Below, piece by piece: positions 18,323 through 28,195 of a stretch of 64,000 nucleotides of DNA. The position numbers were made by a program, and so were the translations under genes. Within the stretch, counting starts at the first letter, position 1, and each line of letters opens with the position of its first letter. Source of the DNA: Myxococcota bacterium (GTDB lineage Bacteria > Myxococcota_C > UBA6777); NCBI GenBank assembly GCA_023150835.1, contig JAKLKB010000017.1:62001-126000 (forward strand), written 5' to 3'. The notes beneath the pieces are model-generated. The model was not told where the DNA came from. It made no database searches and saw only the letters and a list, made by a program, of their open reading frames with translations.

Positions 18323-20725
18323 ATGACCTTCCGACGGCTCCTTGCCTTCGTTGCGTTGCTTTGGGGCTACGTCGCTCTCGCCACCGCACACGCGCAAGAC
18401 GACAGCGACAGCACCCCGCCGATTATCAAAAAAATCGAGATCAAAGGCAATCTCCGCACCGAAACACTCGCCATCCTCAATCAGATCCAGTCCAAGCCCA
18501 AAGCCGCCCTCGACCGAACCAAAGTTGCGGACGATGTTCGGCGCGTCTACAACCTCGGGCCTTTTCGCGATGTCCAAGTCGTTGCAAAACGCGATGGCGA
18601 TCAAATCGTCTTGATCTTTCAAGTGACGGAAAAGCCCGCTGTTCGCGATGTTCAGTTTAAGGGGTACAAAGAGGTCGGACTCGATGATATCAAAAAAGTC
18701 GTCGACGTCAAAAAATACGGCATCCTCAACCAAGCCCAGATCCAACAAAACGTCCAAAAAATCCGCGAACTCTACGTTGAAAAAGGCTTTTATCTCGCCG
18801 AAGTCGAAGCCGAAGTCTCCAAGCCCACCAACGCTTCTGTGATCGTCACCTTTCAAATCCGCGAAAATGCCAAGATCATGATCCGACAAATCAACTTTGT
18901 CGGAAACCAAAAGGTCACCAGCGATACCCTGCGCCAATATCTCCAAACCTCCGAACAATCGCTGCTTGGCATGATCTCAGGACGCAGCACCTACCAAGAA
19001 GCCTTGATCCAGCGCGATCTCTACTTCCTCAACTCCTACTACATGGACAACGGCTACATCAAAGTGAAGATGGGCAAGCCCAAAGTGTACCTTAACCCCG
19101 ATAAACGCTCGATCTATATCACCTATTGGGTCACCGAAGGCGAAGTCTACCGCTACCGAAACCTCGGCGTCAAAGGCGATCTCCTGATCCCCGAAAAAGA
19201 ACTCCTTCATAAGCTCACCATGCGAAAAGGGCAAGTCTTCAATCGTACAAAGCTTTACAAAGACAACTTGCTCGCTCTCACCAATCTTTACCAAAATAGA
19301 GGCTACGCCTACGCCAACATCGTCCCTCGGCACAACCTCATCGAAGAAACCCGTGAGATCGATCTCACTCTTGAGATCCAAAAAGGTGAAAAGGTTCGCA
19401 TCGAACGTATCGAAATCTCGGGAAATTCGATCACACAAGACCGCGTGATCCGCCGTGAGATCCGCGTTTCCGAAGGTGATTATTACAACGGAAACCTCGT
19501 TCAAATCAGCCAACAGCGGATCTTTGCCCTTGGCTTCTTTGAAAAAGCCCATCCCCTCTACGGGATCAAGGCCAACTTCCGCAAAGGCAGCCAACCCGAT
19601 CGCGTCGTTCTTCAATTCGAAGTCAAAGAAAAACCCACAGGCACGTTTCAGATCGGTGCAGGTTTTAGCTCTTTTGAGCAACTCGTCTTTAACGCACAGA
19701 TCGCCAAAAACAACCTTTTTGGACGCGGACAATCGCTGTCTTTTGCCGCACAACTCTCCTCGATCCGCCAACTCTTCCAGATCCAATTCGTTGAACCCTA
19801 CCTCTTTGATTCGCTCTGGACCTTCGCTTTTTCGGCCTACAACTCCCAGCGCGATTACGGCACGCTGTTCTCCATCGGTTTTCGCCAAACCACCACAGGG
19901 GGCTCGCTGACATGGGGCTATCCGCTGCTTGACGACCTCAACCTCCTGCTCACCTACAAGTTCGAGCGCGTACAGATCAATGCCAGTGGAAACACCCTTG
20001 ATTCGGGCATCCGCATCAAGGGGTTCTTTTCGGGCGTCGATGGCCCCACCATCACCTCCAGCCTTCGGCTGTCTTTGCGTTATGACAAACGCGACAACCG
20101 CCTCTTCCCGACACGCGGGCATTTTCAAAGTATCTCCATCGAGCACGCAGACTGGTATCTCGGATCTCAAAACCGCTTCTCTCGCCTCTCCGCGATCAGC
20201 CGCTGGTATGTCAACTTGCCTATCTTTGGAAACGAATTCCTCCCCGTCCTGCGCTTCAATCTGCAACTCGGTTGGATCTTTAGCCCCTCTACTCTAGGCG
20301 TTCCATCGTTTGAACGCTACCGCCTCGGCGGGATCAACTCCATCCGTGGCTTCCGACCCTTTACGATCGGACCCACCCGCCGAATCCCCGGACAGTCCGA
20401 TAGCGCCTTCAAATTGGACGAATTCAACTGGGGCGGCAACAAAGAGCTGATCTTTAACGCCGAACTGGAGATCCCCATCATCCCGAGTGTTGGACTCAAA
20501 GGGGTTGTCTTCTTTGATGCCGGAAACGCCTACGACGACAACGAACTGATCTTCCAAGACCGACGCAATACCTTCTTGCCGCTCGGCCTCTTTATGAGCG
20601 CTGGCTTTGGGGTGCGCTGGTTTTCCCCCATCGGGCCGCTGCGTTTTGAGTGGGGCATCCCACTCACTCGACGCCCCGGAGATGACTCGATCCTCTTTGA
20701 ATTCAACATCGGCAACGCTTTTTAA
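18323..20725 (+). CDS. bamA: Outer membrane protein assembly factor BamA
   Basis: Signal peptide, POTRA repeats, IRGF motif, WFSPIGPLRFEWG, C-terminal FEFNIGNAF. Confidence 0.97.
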   Translation: MTFRRLLAFVALLWGYVALATAHAQDDSDSTPPIIKKIEIKGNLRTETLAILNQIQSKPKAALDRTKVADDVRRVYNLGPFRDVQVVAKRDGDQIVLIFQVTEKPAVRDVQFKGYKEVGLDDIKKVVDVKKYGILNQAQIQQNVQKIRELYVEKGFYLAEVEAEVSKPTNASVIVTFQIRENAKIMIRQINFVGNQKVTSDTLRQYLQTSEQSLLGMISGRSTYQEALIQRDLYFLNSYYMDNGYIKVKMGKPKVYLNPDKRSIYITYWVTEGEVYRYRNLGVKGDLLIPEKELLHKLTMRKGQVFNRTKLYKDNLLALTNLYQNRGYAYANIVPRHNLIEETREIDLTLEIQKGEKVRIERIEISGNSITQDRVIRREIRVSEGDYYNGNLVQISQQRIFALGFFEKAHPLYGIKANFRKGSQPDRVVLQFEVKEKPTGTFQIGAGFSSFEQLVFNAQIAKNNLFGRGQSLSFAAQLSSIRQLFQIQFVEPYLFDSLWTFAFSAYNSQRDYGTLFSIGFRQTTTGGSLTWGYPLLDDLNLLLTYKFERVQINASGNTLDSGIRIKGFFSGVDGPTITSSLRLSLRYDKRDNRLFPTRGHFQSISIEHADWYLGSQNRFSRLSAISRWYVNLPIFGNEFLPVLRFNLQLGWIFSPSTLGVPSFERYRLGGINSIRGFRPFTIGPTRRIPGQSDSAFKLDEFNWGGNKELIFNAELEIPIIPSVGLKGVVFFDAGNAYDDNELIFQDRRNTFLPLGLFMSAGFGVRWFSPIGPLRFEWGIPLTRRPGDDSILFEFNIGNAF

Positions 20726-20829
20726 CGTTGAATTCGCTAACGCTAACGCCTTTCCACCACGCCAAAACCTTGCGGATGCTCTCTCCATCCGCTTATCTTT
20801 GCTCGGCCCGCAAAGGAGGACTTACACAC

Positions 20830-21387
20830 ATGTTTCGCTGCCTTTTGATTGCTTGCTTTCTCTTGGCCCCTGCTCTGGCTCACGCCAAGCGCATCGGCTA
20901 TGTCGACTTGCGCAAGGCCCTCAACGAAGTCGACGACGGGCGCGCCGCCAAAAACAAGCTCCAAGAAAAAAAAGGAGCTTACCAAAGCAAGCTCAACGAA
21001 GAACAAGAAAAACTCAAACGTGAAAAAAAGCTGTTTGATCGACGTTCCACCATCTTGCGCGGTGAAGCCAAGCGCAAAGCCCAACTCAAACTTCAGCAAA
21101 AATTTCTTGAACTTCAGAAAATGTACAGCAACCTTACCCGCGAACTCGCACAAGAAGAAGCGAAAGAAACTCGGGTGATCTTTCGAAAAATGGAAGTGAT
21201 TATCCGCCAGATCGCCGAAAAAGAAGGACTCGATCTGATGCTTGAAAAAACCGAAAGTAGCATCCTTTACGCACGCTCTGGCATGGACTACACCAACGAG
21301 CTGATCCGCATCTACAACCGACAATTCGGTCGCGGCGGTAGCAGCAGTCCCCGCGTCTCCCGTAAATCCAAGAAACGCAAGCGTTAG
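20830..21387 (+). CDS. skp: Periplasmic chaperone Skp/OmpH
   Basis: GGAGG RBS, signal peptide, KRIGYVD, coiled coil, DYTNELIRIYN; follows bamA. Confidence 0.93.
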   Translation: MFRCLLIACFLLAPALAHAKRIGYVDLRKALNEVDDGRAAKNKLQEKKGAYQSKLNEEQEKLKREKKLFDRRSTILRGEAKRKAQLKLQQKFLELQKMYSNLTRELAQEEAKETRVIFRKMEVIIRQIAEKEGLDLMLEKTESSILYARSGMDYTNELIRIYNRQFGRGGSSSPRVSRKSKKRKR

Positions 21388-21621
21388 AACGTCGGGGTTT
21401 GAGAGAGGAGCGGCTTGTTGGTCGGGGGGGCGAATTCCCAAACTACGTTTATCCCAACCATCTTGCTTTTTGACGCTGCATCGGGCAGAAAAACACGGGC
21501 CTCTTGCCTCAACACGCAAGCAGCGACATCTTTAGCCCGCTGTTGCTTTGTTTGCCACCTTCAACGAGGTTTTCGCAGAAGATACACCACCCCTCAACGA
21601 GGCTTTCGGAGAAGACACACG

Positions 21622-22293
21622 ATGTTTAGCCTTTTCCAAGATCCGCAACGCTTGGCGCTTCTGGCGCTCGTTTTGTTGATCTCGCTGACCTTTCACGAAT
21701 TTGCTCACGCTTGGACTGCCTACAAACTCGGCGATGATACGGCTTATCGCGAAGGCCGCGTGACGTTAAACCCCATCGTTCACCTCGATCTGTGGGGATC
21801 GATTTGTTTTCTGGTGTCGGGTGGATTTGGATGGGCCCGTCCTGTCCCAGTGAATCCCACGAACTTTCAACAACCACGCCGCGACGATATCTTGGTGACG
21901 GGCGCGGGGCCCGCTTCCAACTTTCTCCTCGGCTTGATCGCCGCAGCGCTCTATTTTCCGATGGCAAAATATGGTTGGTTTCGGGGAAACGACCTTGAGC
22001 CTTTCCTCTTCCAGTTCCTCGGCCTGATGATGGTCGCCAATTTTTCTCTGGCCTTCTTTAACTTGATCCCGCTCTTTCCGCTTGATGGATCGCACATCGT
22101 CACCAACCTTTTGCCGCTTAACCAAGCCTACCGTTTTAAGCGATTCAACGAAGAGTTCGGCGCGTATACGCTTCTTGGCTTGATCGTCTTGCCTTACTTG
22201 ACCAACCGCTCGATCGATCCGATCGGATGGCTGATCCGCGAACCGATGTCCTATCTGATTGGAGTTTTGCGCGGATTGTTCGGCATGTTTTGA
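21622..22293 (+). CDS. Site-2 protease, peptidase M50 family
   Basis: HEFAH, AGPASN, FNLIPLFPLDG motifs. Confidence 0.93.
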   Translation: MFSLFQDPQRLALLALVLLISLTFHEFAHAWTAYKLGDDTAYREGRVTLNPIVHLDLWGSICFLVSGGFGWARPVPVNPTNFQQPRRDDILVTGAGPASNFLLGLIAAALYFPMAKYGWFRGNDLEPFLFQFLGLMMVANFSLAFFNLIPLFPLDGSHIVTNLLPLNQAYRFKRFNEEFGAYTLLGLIVLPYLTNRSIDPIGWLIREPMSYLIGVLRGLFGMF

Positions 22294-22350
22294 CCCCACC
22301 GCCCCATCTCTCACGATCCTGTGCGTGCCATCGACGAGGAAGCCATCACG

Positions 22351-23337
22351 ATGCAAGAGATCACTCTTTCCCACAAAGACCTTCATCTTCAAACGGCTTC
22401 TTTCGACGGGCCGCTTGACGTTTTGCTGCACTTGATCCGCAAGCGTGACCTCGATATCTTTGACCTTCCGATCCACCAAATCGCCGAAGAATTCCAACTC
22501 TACGTCGACGCCATCCAGCGCGTTGATCTCGAACAGGCCGGCGCATACCTCGAACTCGCCGCAGAACTCGCTTACATCAAATCCCGTATGCTCCTGCCCC
22601 GCGTCCAAGACAGCAAAGAAGATCCACGCACCCCGCTCGTCGAAAAAGTCATGGAGTACGAGCAAGTCAAACAACTCTCCCTCCAACTCCAAGACCGCCA
22701 TCTCCTTGGTCGCGATGTGTTCGTGCGCGGAAGTGATCTACGCCCTGAACTCCCCGAACTACCGCCTGAAACCGATGTCACCGCTGGTGAACTGATCGAT
22801 ATCTTTTCCGCCCTCCTACGTCGCAAGATGTTGCAGTCCCCACAAGGCCCCTTTCATCAAGTCCGACGCGAACTCGTCTCTGTGCGTCAACAGATCTCTT
22901 GGGTTTGCCACCAACTGCGCGGGAAAAACAATCTGCGTTTCTCCCAATTGATCGAGGATATCTGGGAGCGTTCGACTTTAATTGTCACTTTTCTTGCGTT
23001 GCTTGAGCTTTGTCGACTACATCATATCAGGCTGGCCCAGATCGAGCGCGAAGATATCCTTGTTGAAGCCCTGACCGATCTGGATCAGATCCCGCTCGAC
23101 GATCCAAACAGCTTCACTTATCGCGCTTCGGCCCTCTCTCCCGAAGAACAGCGCCAACTTGATCAGCACGCGCTGGTGGATCTTGCGGATTTTTCGCTCT
23201 TGCACGATGACGAGGAATCCGCTGAAAACGAAGACGTCGAAGACGCCTATCTTCTCGATGAATCCGCTGATCTTCTTGATGAAGACAACGAACTCGAAAC
23301 TATCGAAGCCGATCGCAAAAACCGCAAACCTCGATAG
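22351..23337 (+). CDS. scpA: Segregation and condensation protein A
   Basis: FDGPLDVLLHLIR, KSRMLLP, IVTFLALLEL. Confidence 0.95.
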   Translation: MQEITLSHKDLHLQTASFDGPLDVLLHLIRKRDLDIFDLPIHQIAEEFQLYVDAIQRVDLEQAGAYLELAAELAYIKSRMLLPRVQDSKEDPRTPLVEKVMEYEQVKQLSLQLQDRHLLGRDVFVRGSDLRPELPELPPETDVTAGELIDIFSALLRRKMLQSPQGPFHQVRRELVSVRQQISWVCHQLRGKNNLRFSQLIEDIWERSTLIVTFLALLELCRLHHIRLAQIEREDILVEALTDLDQIPLDDPNSFTYRASALSPEEQRQLDQHALVDLADFSLLHDDEESAENEDVEDAYLLDESADLLDEDNELETIEADRKNRKPR

Positions 23338-23372
23338 ACCCGACGAATGCACCGCCTTGATGGAGAGACCTG

Positions 23373-24086
23373 ATGCGACAACGCGCCCACCACGCAACAC
23401 CGCTTGCGACCGAATCCTCTTGGGGCTTTCGCTCCCGCAAAGAATCCGCCCGTGAGGCGCTTTACGGTCAACTCGAAGCCTTGTTGTTCGCTGCCAATCG
23501 CCCGCTCTCTTGTGAAGAACTGCGCGACATCCTCGAACATGCCGGCGTTTCCGTTCTGCCTGAACATATCGAAGCCGTCTTGCGTGAACTCAAAAATCAG
23601 TACAACCACCCATCGCGTGGGCTTCGCCTTGAAACCGTTGCGGGTGGATGGCAGATCCGCACCCGCTCCGAACACGCGCACTTGCTTCAACTGCTCTACG
23701 AAGAACGCCCTCCACGTCTGAGTCGCGCTGCCCTCGAATGTCTCTCGATCATCGCTTACCGACAGCCGATCTCTCGCGCTGAGATCGATGTGATCCGTGG
23801 CGTCGATTCGAGCGGCACTTTGCGCAGCTTGCTCGAACGCAAACTCGTCGCACGCATCGGACGTACCGAAGACGCCCGACGAGCCTTCACTTACGCAACC
23901 ACCAAAGAGTTTCTCGAATTCTTTGGCCTCAATGACCTCCGTGAACTCCCCAGCGTCCTCGCCGCTGCAACCGCTCCTTCCGCCTCTTCCGAAGCCGCTT
24001 CTTCTGATTCTTCTTCCGATGCCTCCACACATCCCCCCGATGCCTCCACAACAGCCCCATCCTCCGAGATATCCGAGGATATCTAA
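23373..24086 (+). CDS. scpB: Segregation and condensation protein B
   Basis: LEALLFA, LSRAALECLSIIAYRQPISRAEIDVIRGV, TTKEFLEFFGL. Confidence 0.95.
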   Translation: MRQRAHHATPLATESSWGFRSRKESAREALYGQLEALLFAANRPLSCEELRDILEHAGVSVLPEHIEAVLRELKNQYNHPSRGLRLETVAGGWQIRTRSEHAHLLQLLYEERPPRLSRAALECLSIIAYRQPISRAEIDVIRGVDSSGTLRSLLERKLVARIGRTEDARRAFTYATTKEFLEFFGLNDLRELPSVLAAATAPSASSEAASSDSSSDASTHPPDASTTAPSSEISEDI

Positions 24087-24325
24087 GCCGCTTGAAGTGC
24101 TGCGAATCTCGGGAATTCGTTCGCTACGCCACTCTTCTCCTGATCTGCCTATACGATACGAGAGACGCATACTCGAAAGGTTGCCACGATTTTGCTGTCG
24201 CGGTGCTGTTCTTGGGCAGCTCCCTGTGGCTGCCCCTGCCTTATTTCGATCACTCCATGAGTGGAACTCGTGTGGCGTTCTGGCTTGTTCTCTTGCGATC
24301 TGCCTGTGTTGTGGGTGGATTCCAC

Positions 24326-24354
24326 TTGACAAGCCTTGTGCAAGGCTGTATCTC
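24326..24354 (+). promoter_or_regulatory. Sigma70-type promoter with palindromic spacer
   Basis: TTGACA-17 nt-TATCTC; spacer AGCCTTGTGCAAGGCT is an inverted repeat. Confidence 0.45.
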
Positions 24355-24408
24355 CGCACAGCACAACGACAAAAGGGCGTTGGATAATGCCCTCCAAAGG
24401 AGTCCGTG

Positions 24409-25341
24409 ATGGAAAAGGATAAAGAGTCCGAAGCGAAACCCACCCCCAACGCGAAGACGACGCAAGAAAAAGACGCTGCGGCCCAAACTCGGCCTGATAG
24501 CACACGGCCTCCCAAACCACGTGATCCTCAGCGCGATCCTCAGCGCCCATCCCAAGGCCGCTCCCAACGTGAAGCGCCCCCACAGGAAGGCAAATCCCGA
24601 TCACACGACAACTCTCGACCCTCGGGATCTCGCCCAAACAACAGCAAAAACCAACGCCGCGAACAAAACGAAGACTTCGGAAACCGCAAGGAATATCAGC
24701 CCTCTCAAGCCATCGGTGGTTATTATCGCGAACCCATGAGCGGAGGCGATCAATGGCGCAGAAGACCTCAGCGCCAGCACCAGCCCCCCCGTGAGATCGA
24801 AGGCGTCTTGTCGGTCAATCAACCCACATGGCAACAACATCTTGCCCGTCAATCCGAGCAAGAGCGCAACCCCGCCCTGACCATGCGCCAACAAGAACAT
24901 ACCTCCCAATCCCTCGAACGCAACCGCTCCCAAAACAGCAGTTTGCGTTCACACGAACCCCAAGCCGAAGATCCCGATGCCGTCTGGTCGCGCTTTATGG
25001 ATGACCTCAAACGCGGAAAAATCCACCCCGATGGAAGACCCAAACGCCCTCACCGCAACCATCGCCACGATCACCGATCGCGAGACAAACACCCCCACGA
25101 AAAACAACGCAACGTGCGCTCCGATCATACTCAACATACCGATCCTTCTCATCCATCCGAGCAAATCGATACGCTCGAAAAGCCCATCGTTACGCAGGAT
25201 ATCCAAACCTCCCAACAGCCCATCGCTGCGCAGGATATCCAAACCTCCCAACAGCCCATCGCTGCGCAGGAGCTCCTGCCCCCTACAAACACGCAACATA
25301 TCCCAGATCCCGCGCCCACCGATACAAAGGAAAAACAATAA
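24409..25341 (+). CDS. Hypothetical low-complexity (likely disordered) protein
   Basis: AAGGAG RBS; hydrophilic Q/R/P/H-rich 310 aa; in-frame 36 bp tandem repeat. Confidence 0.7.
   Translation: MEKDKESEAKPTPNAKTTQEKDAAAQTRPDSTRPPKPRDPQRDPQRPSQGRSQREAPPQEGKSRSHDNSRPSGSRPNNSKNQRREQNEDFGNRKEYQPSQAIGGYYREPMSGGDQWRRRPQRQHQPPREIEGVLSVNQPTWQQHLARQSEQERNPALTMRQQEHTSQSLERNRSQNSSLRSHEPQAEDPDAVWSRFMDDLKRGKIHPDGRPKRPHRNHRHDHRSRDKHPHEKQRNVRSDHTQHTDPSHPSEQIDTLEKPIVTQDIQTSQQPIAAQDIQTSQQPIAAQELLPPTNTQHIPDPAPTDTKEKQ
25182..25271 (+). repeat. In-frame 36 bp tandem repeat (about 2.5 copies; PIAAQDIQTSQQ)
   Basis: AGCCCATCGCTGCGCAGGATATCCAAACCTCCCAAC repeated. Confidence 0.9.
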
Positions 25342-25475
25342 AAACGCCCCAAACTTCTTGATTCTGCCAACCGTCCTGTCAACCCAACGCCCGCCATCGA
25401 GCCTCCCCCTTTTCAATACAACACAAGGGACCCAAGCCTCCATCGGCGCTCCCTCAGCATCAAAGGAACGACGTG

Positions 25476-26360
25476 ATGTCGACCACACAACAACCCGAAC
25501 GCTTACAAAAACTCCTCGCCCGCGCAGGAATCACCTCTCGGCGCAAAGCCGAATCCCTGATCCGCGCAGGCCGTGTCTCCATCAACGGAAAGCCCGCAAC
25601 CCTCGGCGAAAAAGCGATCTTTGGTCAAGACAAGATCCTTGTCGATGACAAATCGCTCGAACCTGCCGAGCTTCTTGTCTACCTCCGACTCTACAAGCCC
25701 CGTGGCTATCTTACCGCACTCTCCGATGATACAGGACGCCCCATCATCACCGAACTGCTCACCGATATCCCCGAGCGTGTCTTTCCTGTCGGGCGTCTTG
25801 ATTACGAAACCGAAGGCTTGCTCTTGCTCACCAACGACGGTGAACTCGCCAACGCCCTGATGCACCCGTCTTTTCAGATCCAGCGCACCTACCACGCCAA
25901 AGTACGCGGCAATCCCACCGCCAACACCCTTCGACAGCTTGTCGATGGCGTCGAACTCGACGATGGTCTGGCCCAAGCCATCCACGTTGAAAAACTTCAC
26001 CCCACACCCGCAGGACACACTTGGATCGAGATCACCCTCACCGAAGGCCGCAACCGCGAAGTACGCCGTATGTGCGAAGCCATCGGGCATCCCGTCTTGC
26101 GTCTTCGCCGTGTTCGCTTCGGAAATATCGATATCGAAGGACTCCAACCCGGCGAATATCAGCCCATCGGCGAAAATGCTGTGCGCGAACTCCGCAGTCT
26201 CACAGGAAATCCTCTCCCCATGCCCCATGCCAAACTCAAACCCATCCCCAAGCCAAAACCCAAGCCCAAAGCCGCCAAACCCACGACCGACCTCGACTCC
26301 CTTCCCACCGCCTTCACCACCAAACGCGCTCGTAAACCCAGCCAACCTCCGCGTCCGTGA
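25476..26360 (+). CDS. rluB: RsuA/RluB-family rRNA pseudouridine synthase
   Basis: S4 domain RLQKLLARAGITSRRKAE, GRLDYETEGLLLLTNDG, EGRNREVRRM; near scpAB. Confidence 0.9.
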   Translation: MSTTQQPERLQKLLARAGITSRRKAESLIRAGRVSINGKPATLGEKAIFGQDKILVDDKSLEPAELLVYLRLYKPRGYLTALSDDTGRPIITELLTDIPERVFPVGRLDYETEGLLLLTNDGELANALMHPSFQIQRTYHAKVRGNPTANTLRQLVDGVELDDGLAQAIHVEKLHPTPAGHTWIEITLTEGRNREVRRMCEAIGHPVLRLRRVRFGNIDIEGLQPGEYQPIGENAVRELRSLTGNPLPMPHAKLKPIPKPKPKPKAAKPTTDLDSLPTAFTTKRARKPSQPPRP

Positions 26361-26425
26361 CTTGTCGAATTCTGCTCTGTTTGCAAGCTTTTGCGATGAT
26401 CTTGTGTGGCGGATCTAGATATCTC

Positions 26426-26453
26426 TTGACAATCTCGGATGCCTGTGTATTAT
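26426..26453 (+). promoter_or_regulatory. Sigma70-type promoter of the tRNA cluster
   Basis: TTGACA-16 nt-TATTAT ending 11 bp before the first tRNA. Confidence 0.7.
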
Positions 26454-26464
26454 ACACCACTCGC

Positions 26465-26538
<74 letters not shown>

Positions 26539-26623
26539 TTTCAGCCCCCATATCGGGGGCTTTTCAACGATCTTTTCAATTTTTTTGAACCTCTCGGGAG
26601 ACACACCGTCTCCCCACCCACTC

Positions 26624-26697
<74 letters not shown>

Positions 26698-26793
26698 TCT
26701 TCTCTTCTCACAAAACTCCTTGTGAGTGATCCCTGATTCCGCCTGTATCGGCGTTTTTGATAGATTCGGCGTTTCCAAATGAAACGTCCTTGG

Positions 26794-26867
<74 letters not shown>

Positions 26868-26873
26868 CAAAAT

Positions 26874-26910
26874 AAAAAAGGTCGGATGTTTTTCATCCGA
26901 CCTTTTTTTA
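26874..26910. terminator. Bidirectional intrinsic terminator
   Basis: AAAAAAGGTCGGATG-TTTTT-CATCCGACCTTTTTT between convergent tRNA cluster and pyrD. Confidence 0.9.
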
Positions 26911-26939
26911 TGCCCTCTCTGTCAATTCGTATTTCTTCT

Positions 26940-28043
26940 CTACATCGCCCGATAGCCGACTGCTTGGGAAAGATGCCCCCATCGATCGCGTTCGATCAGG
27001 CGCAACAGTCCGCGATGTATGCGCTTGATCACAAAGGGGCCTTCATACACCAAGCCCGTGTACATCTGTAGCAGCGAAGCCCCTGCGAGGATCTTTTCGT
27101 AAGCGTCGTCTGCATCAAAGATCCCACCCACCCCGATAATCGGGAGCTTTCCTTCACCTCGACGATAGAGATAGCGCACCAAGGCGGTTGAGCGTTGCGT
27201 GAGCGGTCGACCGCTTAATCCACCCCGTCCGATCGATGCAACCAGCGTTGGATCGCTTGAAAGACCCGCTCGGTCGGGGGCTGTGTTCGATGCGATCCAG
27301 CCTGCGATACCACCCGCCCGACCGAGATCAACGATCTCGCCCAATCTACCGTCTATATCCAGATGAGAAGAGGCTTGTGGCGGCGAGAGCTTGACCCAGA
27401 TCGGCGTGCCAAGGCCCATTCGGGCTTTTTCTTGTTGGATCGCTGCAAGTAATGTTGCAAAGGCTTCGGGATCTTCAAAGGTTTTGCCTTCTGCGGTGTT
27501 GGGGCACGATACGTTCAGCGCGATGTAATCCGTGTGTGGCGCGACCCATCGAAAACTCTGTACAAAATCCTCGATGGCTGCGTCCCCAAGGATTTGGGGG
27601 TCGTGCGTTTTGGCGAGATTGGCTCCGATCGGGCCGATAGAACGCTGCTTGAGCTGTCGCAGGCGTTGTGCGATCCGTTCTGCGCCATCGTTGTTGAGCC
27701 CCATACGATTGATCAATGCGCGATCTTCGATCAAACGAAATGCCCGTGGCTTCGGGTTTCCTGCGCTTGGTCGTGCTGTGATCGCTCCAACCTCTACAAA
27801 GCCAAAACCCAACGCAAACCAAAAGTCTACTGCTTCGGCGTTCTTGTCTGCTCCCGCCGCCAAGCCCAACGGTGTCGAAAACGATACCCCTCCTACTTTT
27901 TGCGCAAGGCGTGGATCTCTGACCGCAAACGCCTGTCGCCACAACGCACGCCAAGGCTGAACCATCCGCGCTCCACGCAACACCCATGTGTGCGCATCTT
28001 CCGCATCCATCGCAAACAGCACACGCTTTAATCGATCATACAT
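26940..28043 (-). CDS. pyrD: Dihydroorotate dehydrogenase (quinone), class 2
   Basis: GLAAGADK, GNPKPRAFRL, INRMGLNN, NVSCPNT, GGLSG, IIGVGGI. Confidence 0.96.
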   Translation of the reverse strand: MYDRLKRVLFAMDAEDAHTWVLRGARMVQPWRALWRQAFAVRDPRLAQKVGGVSFSTPLGLAAGADKNAEAVDFWFALGFGFVEVGAITARPSAGNPKPRAFRLIEDRALINRMGLNNDGAERIAQRLRQLKQRSIGPIGANLAKTHDPQILGDAAIEDFVQSFRWVAPHTDYIALNVSCPNTAEGKTFEDPEAFATLLAAIQQEKARMGLGTPIWVKLSPPQASSHLDIDGRLGEIVDLGRAGGIAGWIASNTAPDRAGLSSDPTLVASIGRGGLSGRPLTQRSTALVRYLYRRGEGKLPIIGVGGIFDADDAYEKILAGASLLQMYTGLVYEGPFVIKRIHRGLLRLIERDRWGHLSQAVGYRAM

Positions 28044-28195
28044 CCGCTCATACCTTCCATCTCCATCCTTCCACGATCGGCTCTCTTGCTTTCTGGATAT
28101 CGGCAGGAAATTCGTGTTGCCTTGGTGTTGTATTGTGGCTATTGTTCGCGATCAAGTCTTTTGTTGGTTTGCGTATGTTGGATGGAGGGTCTGCG

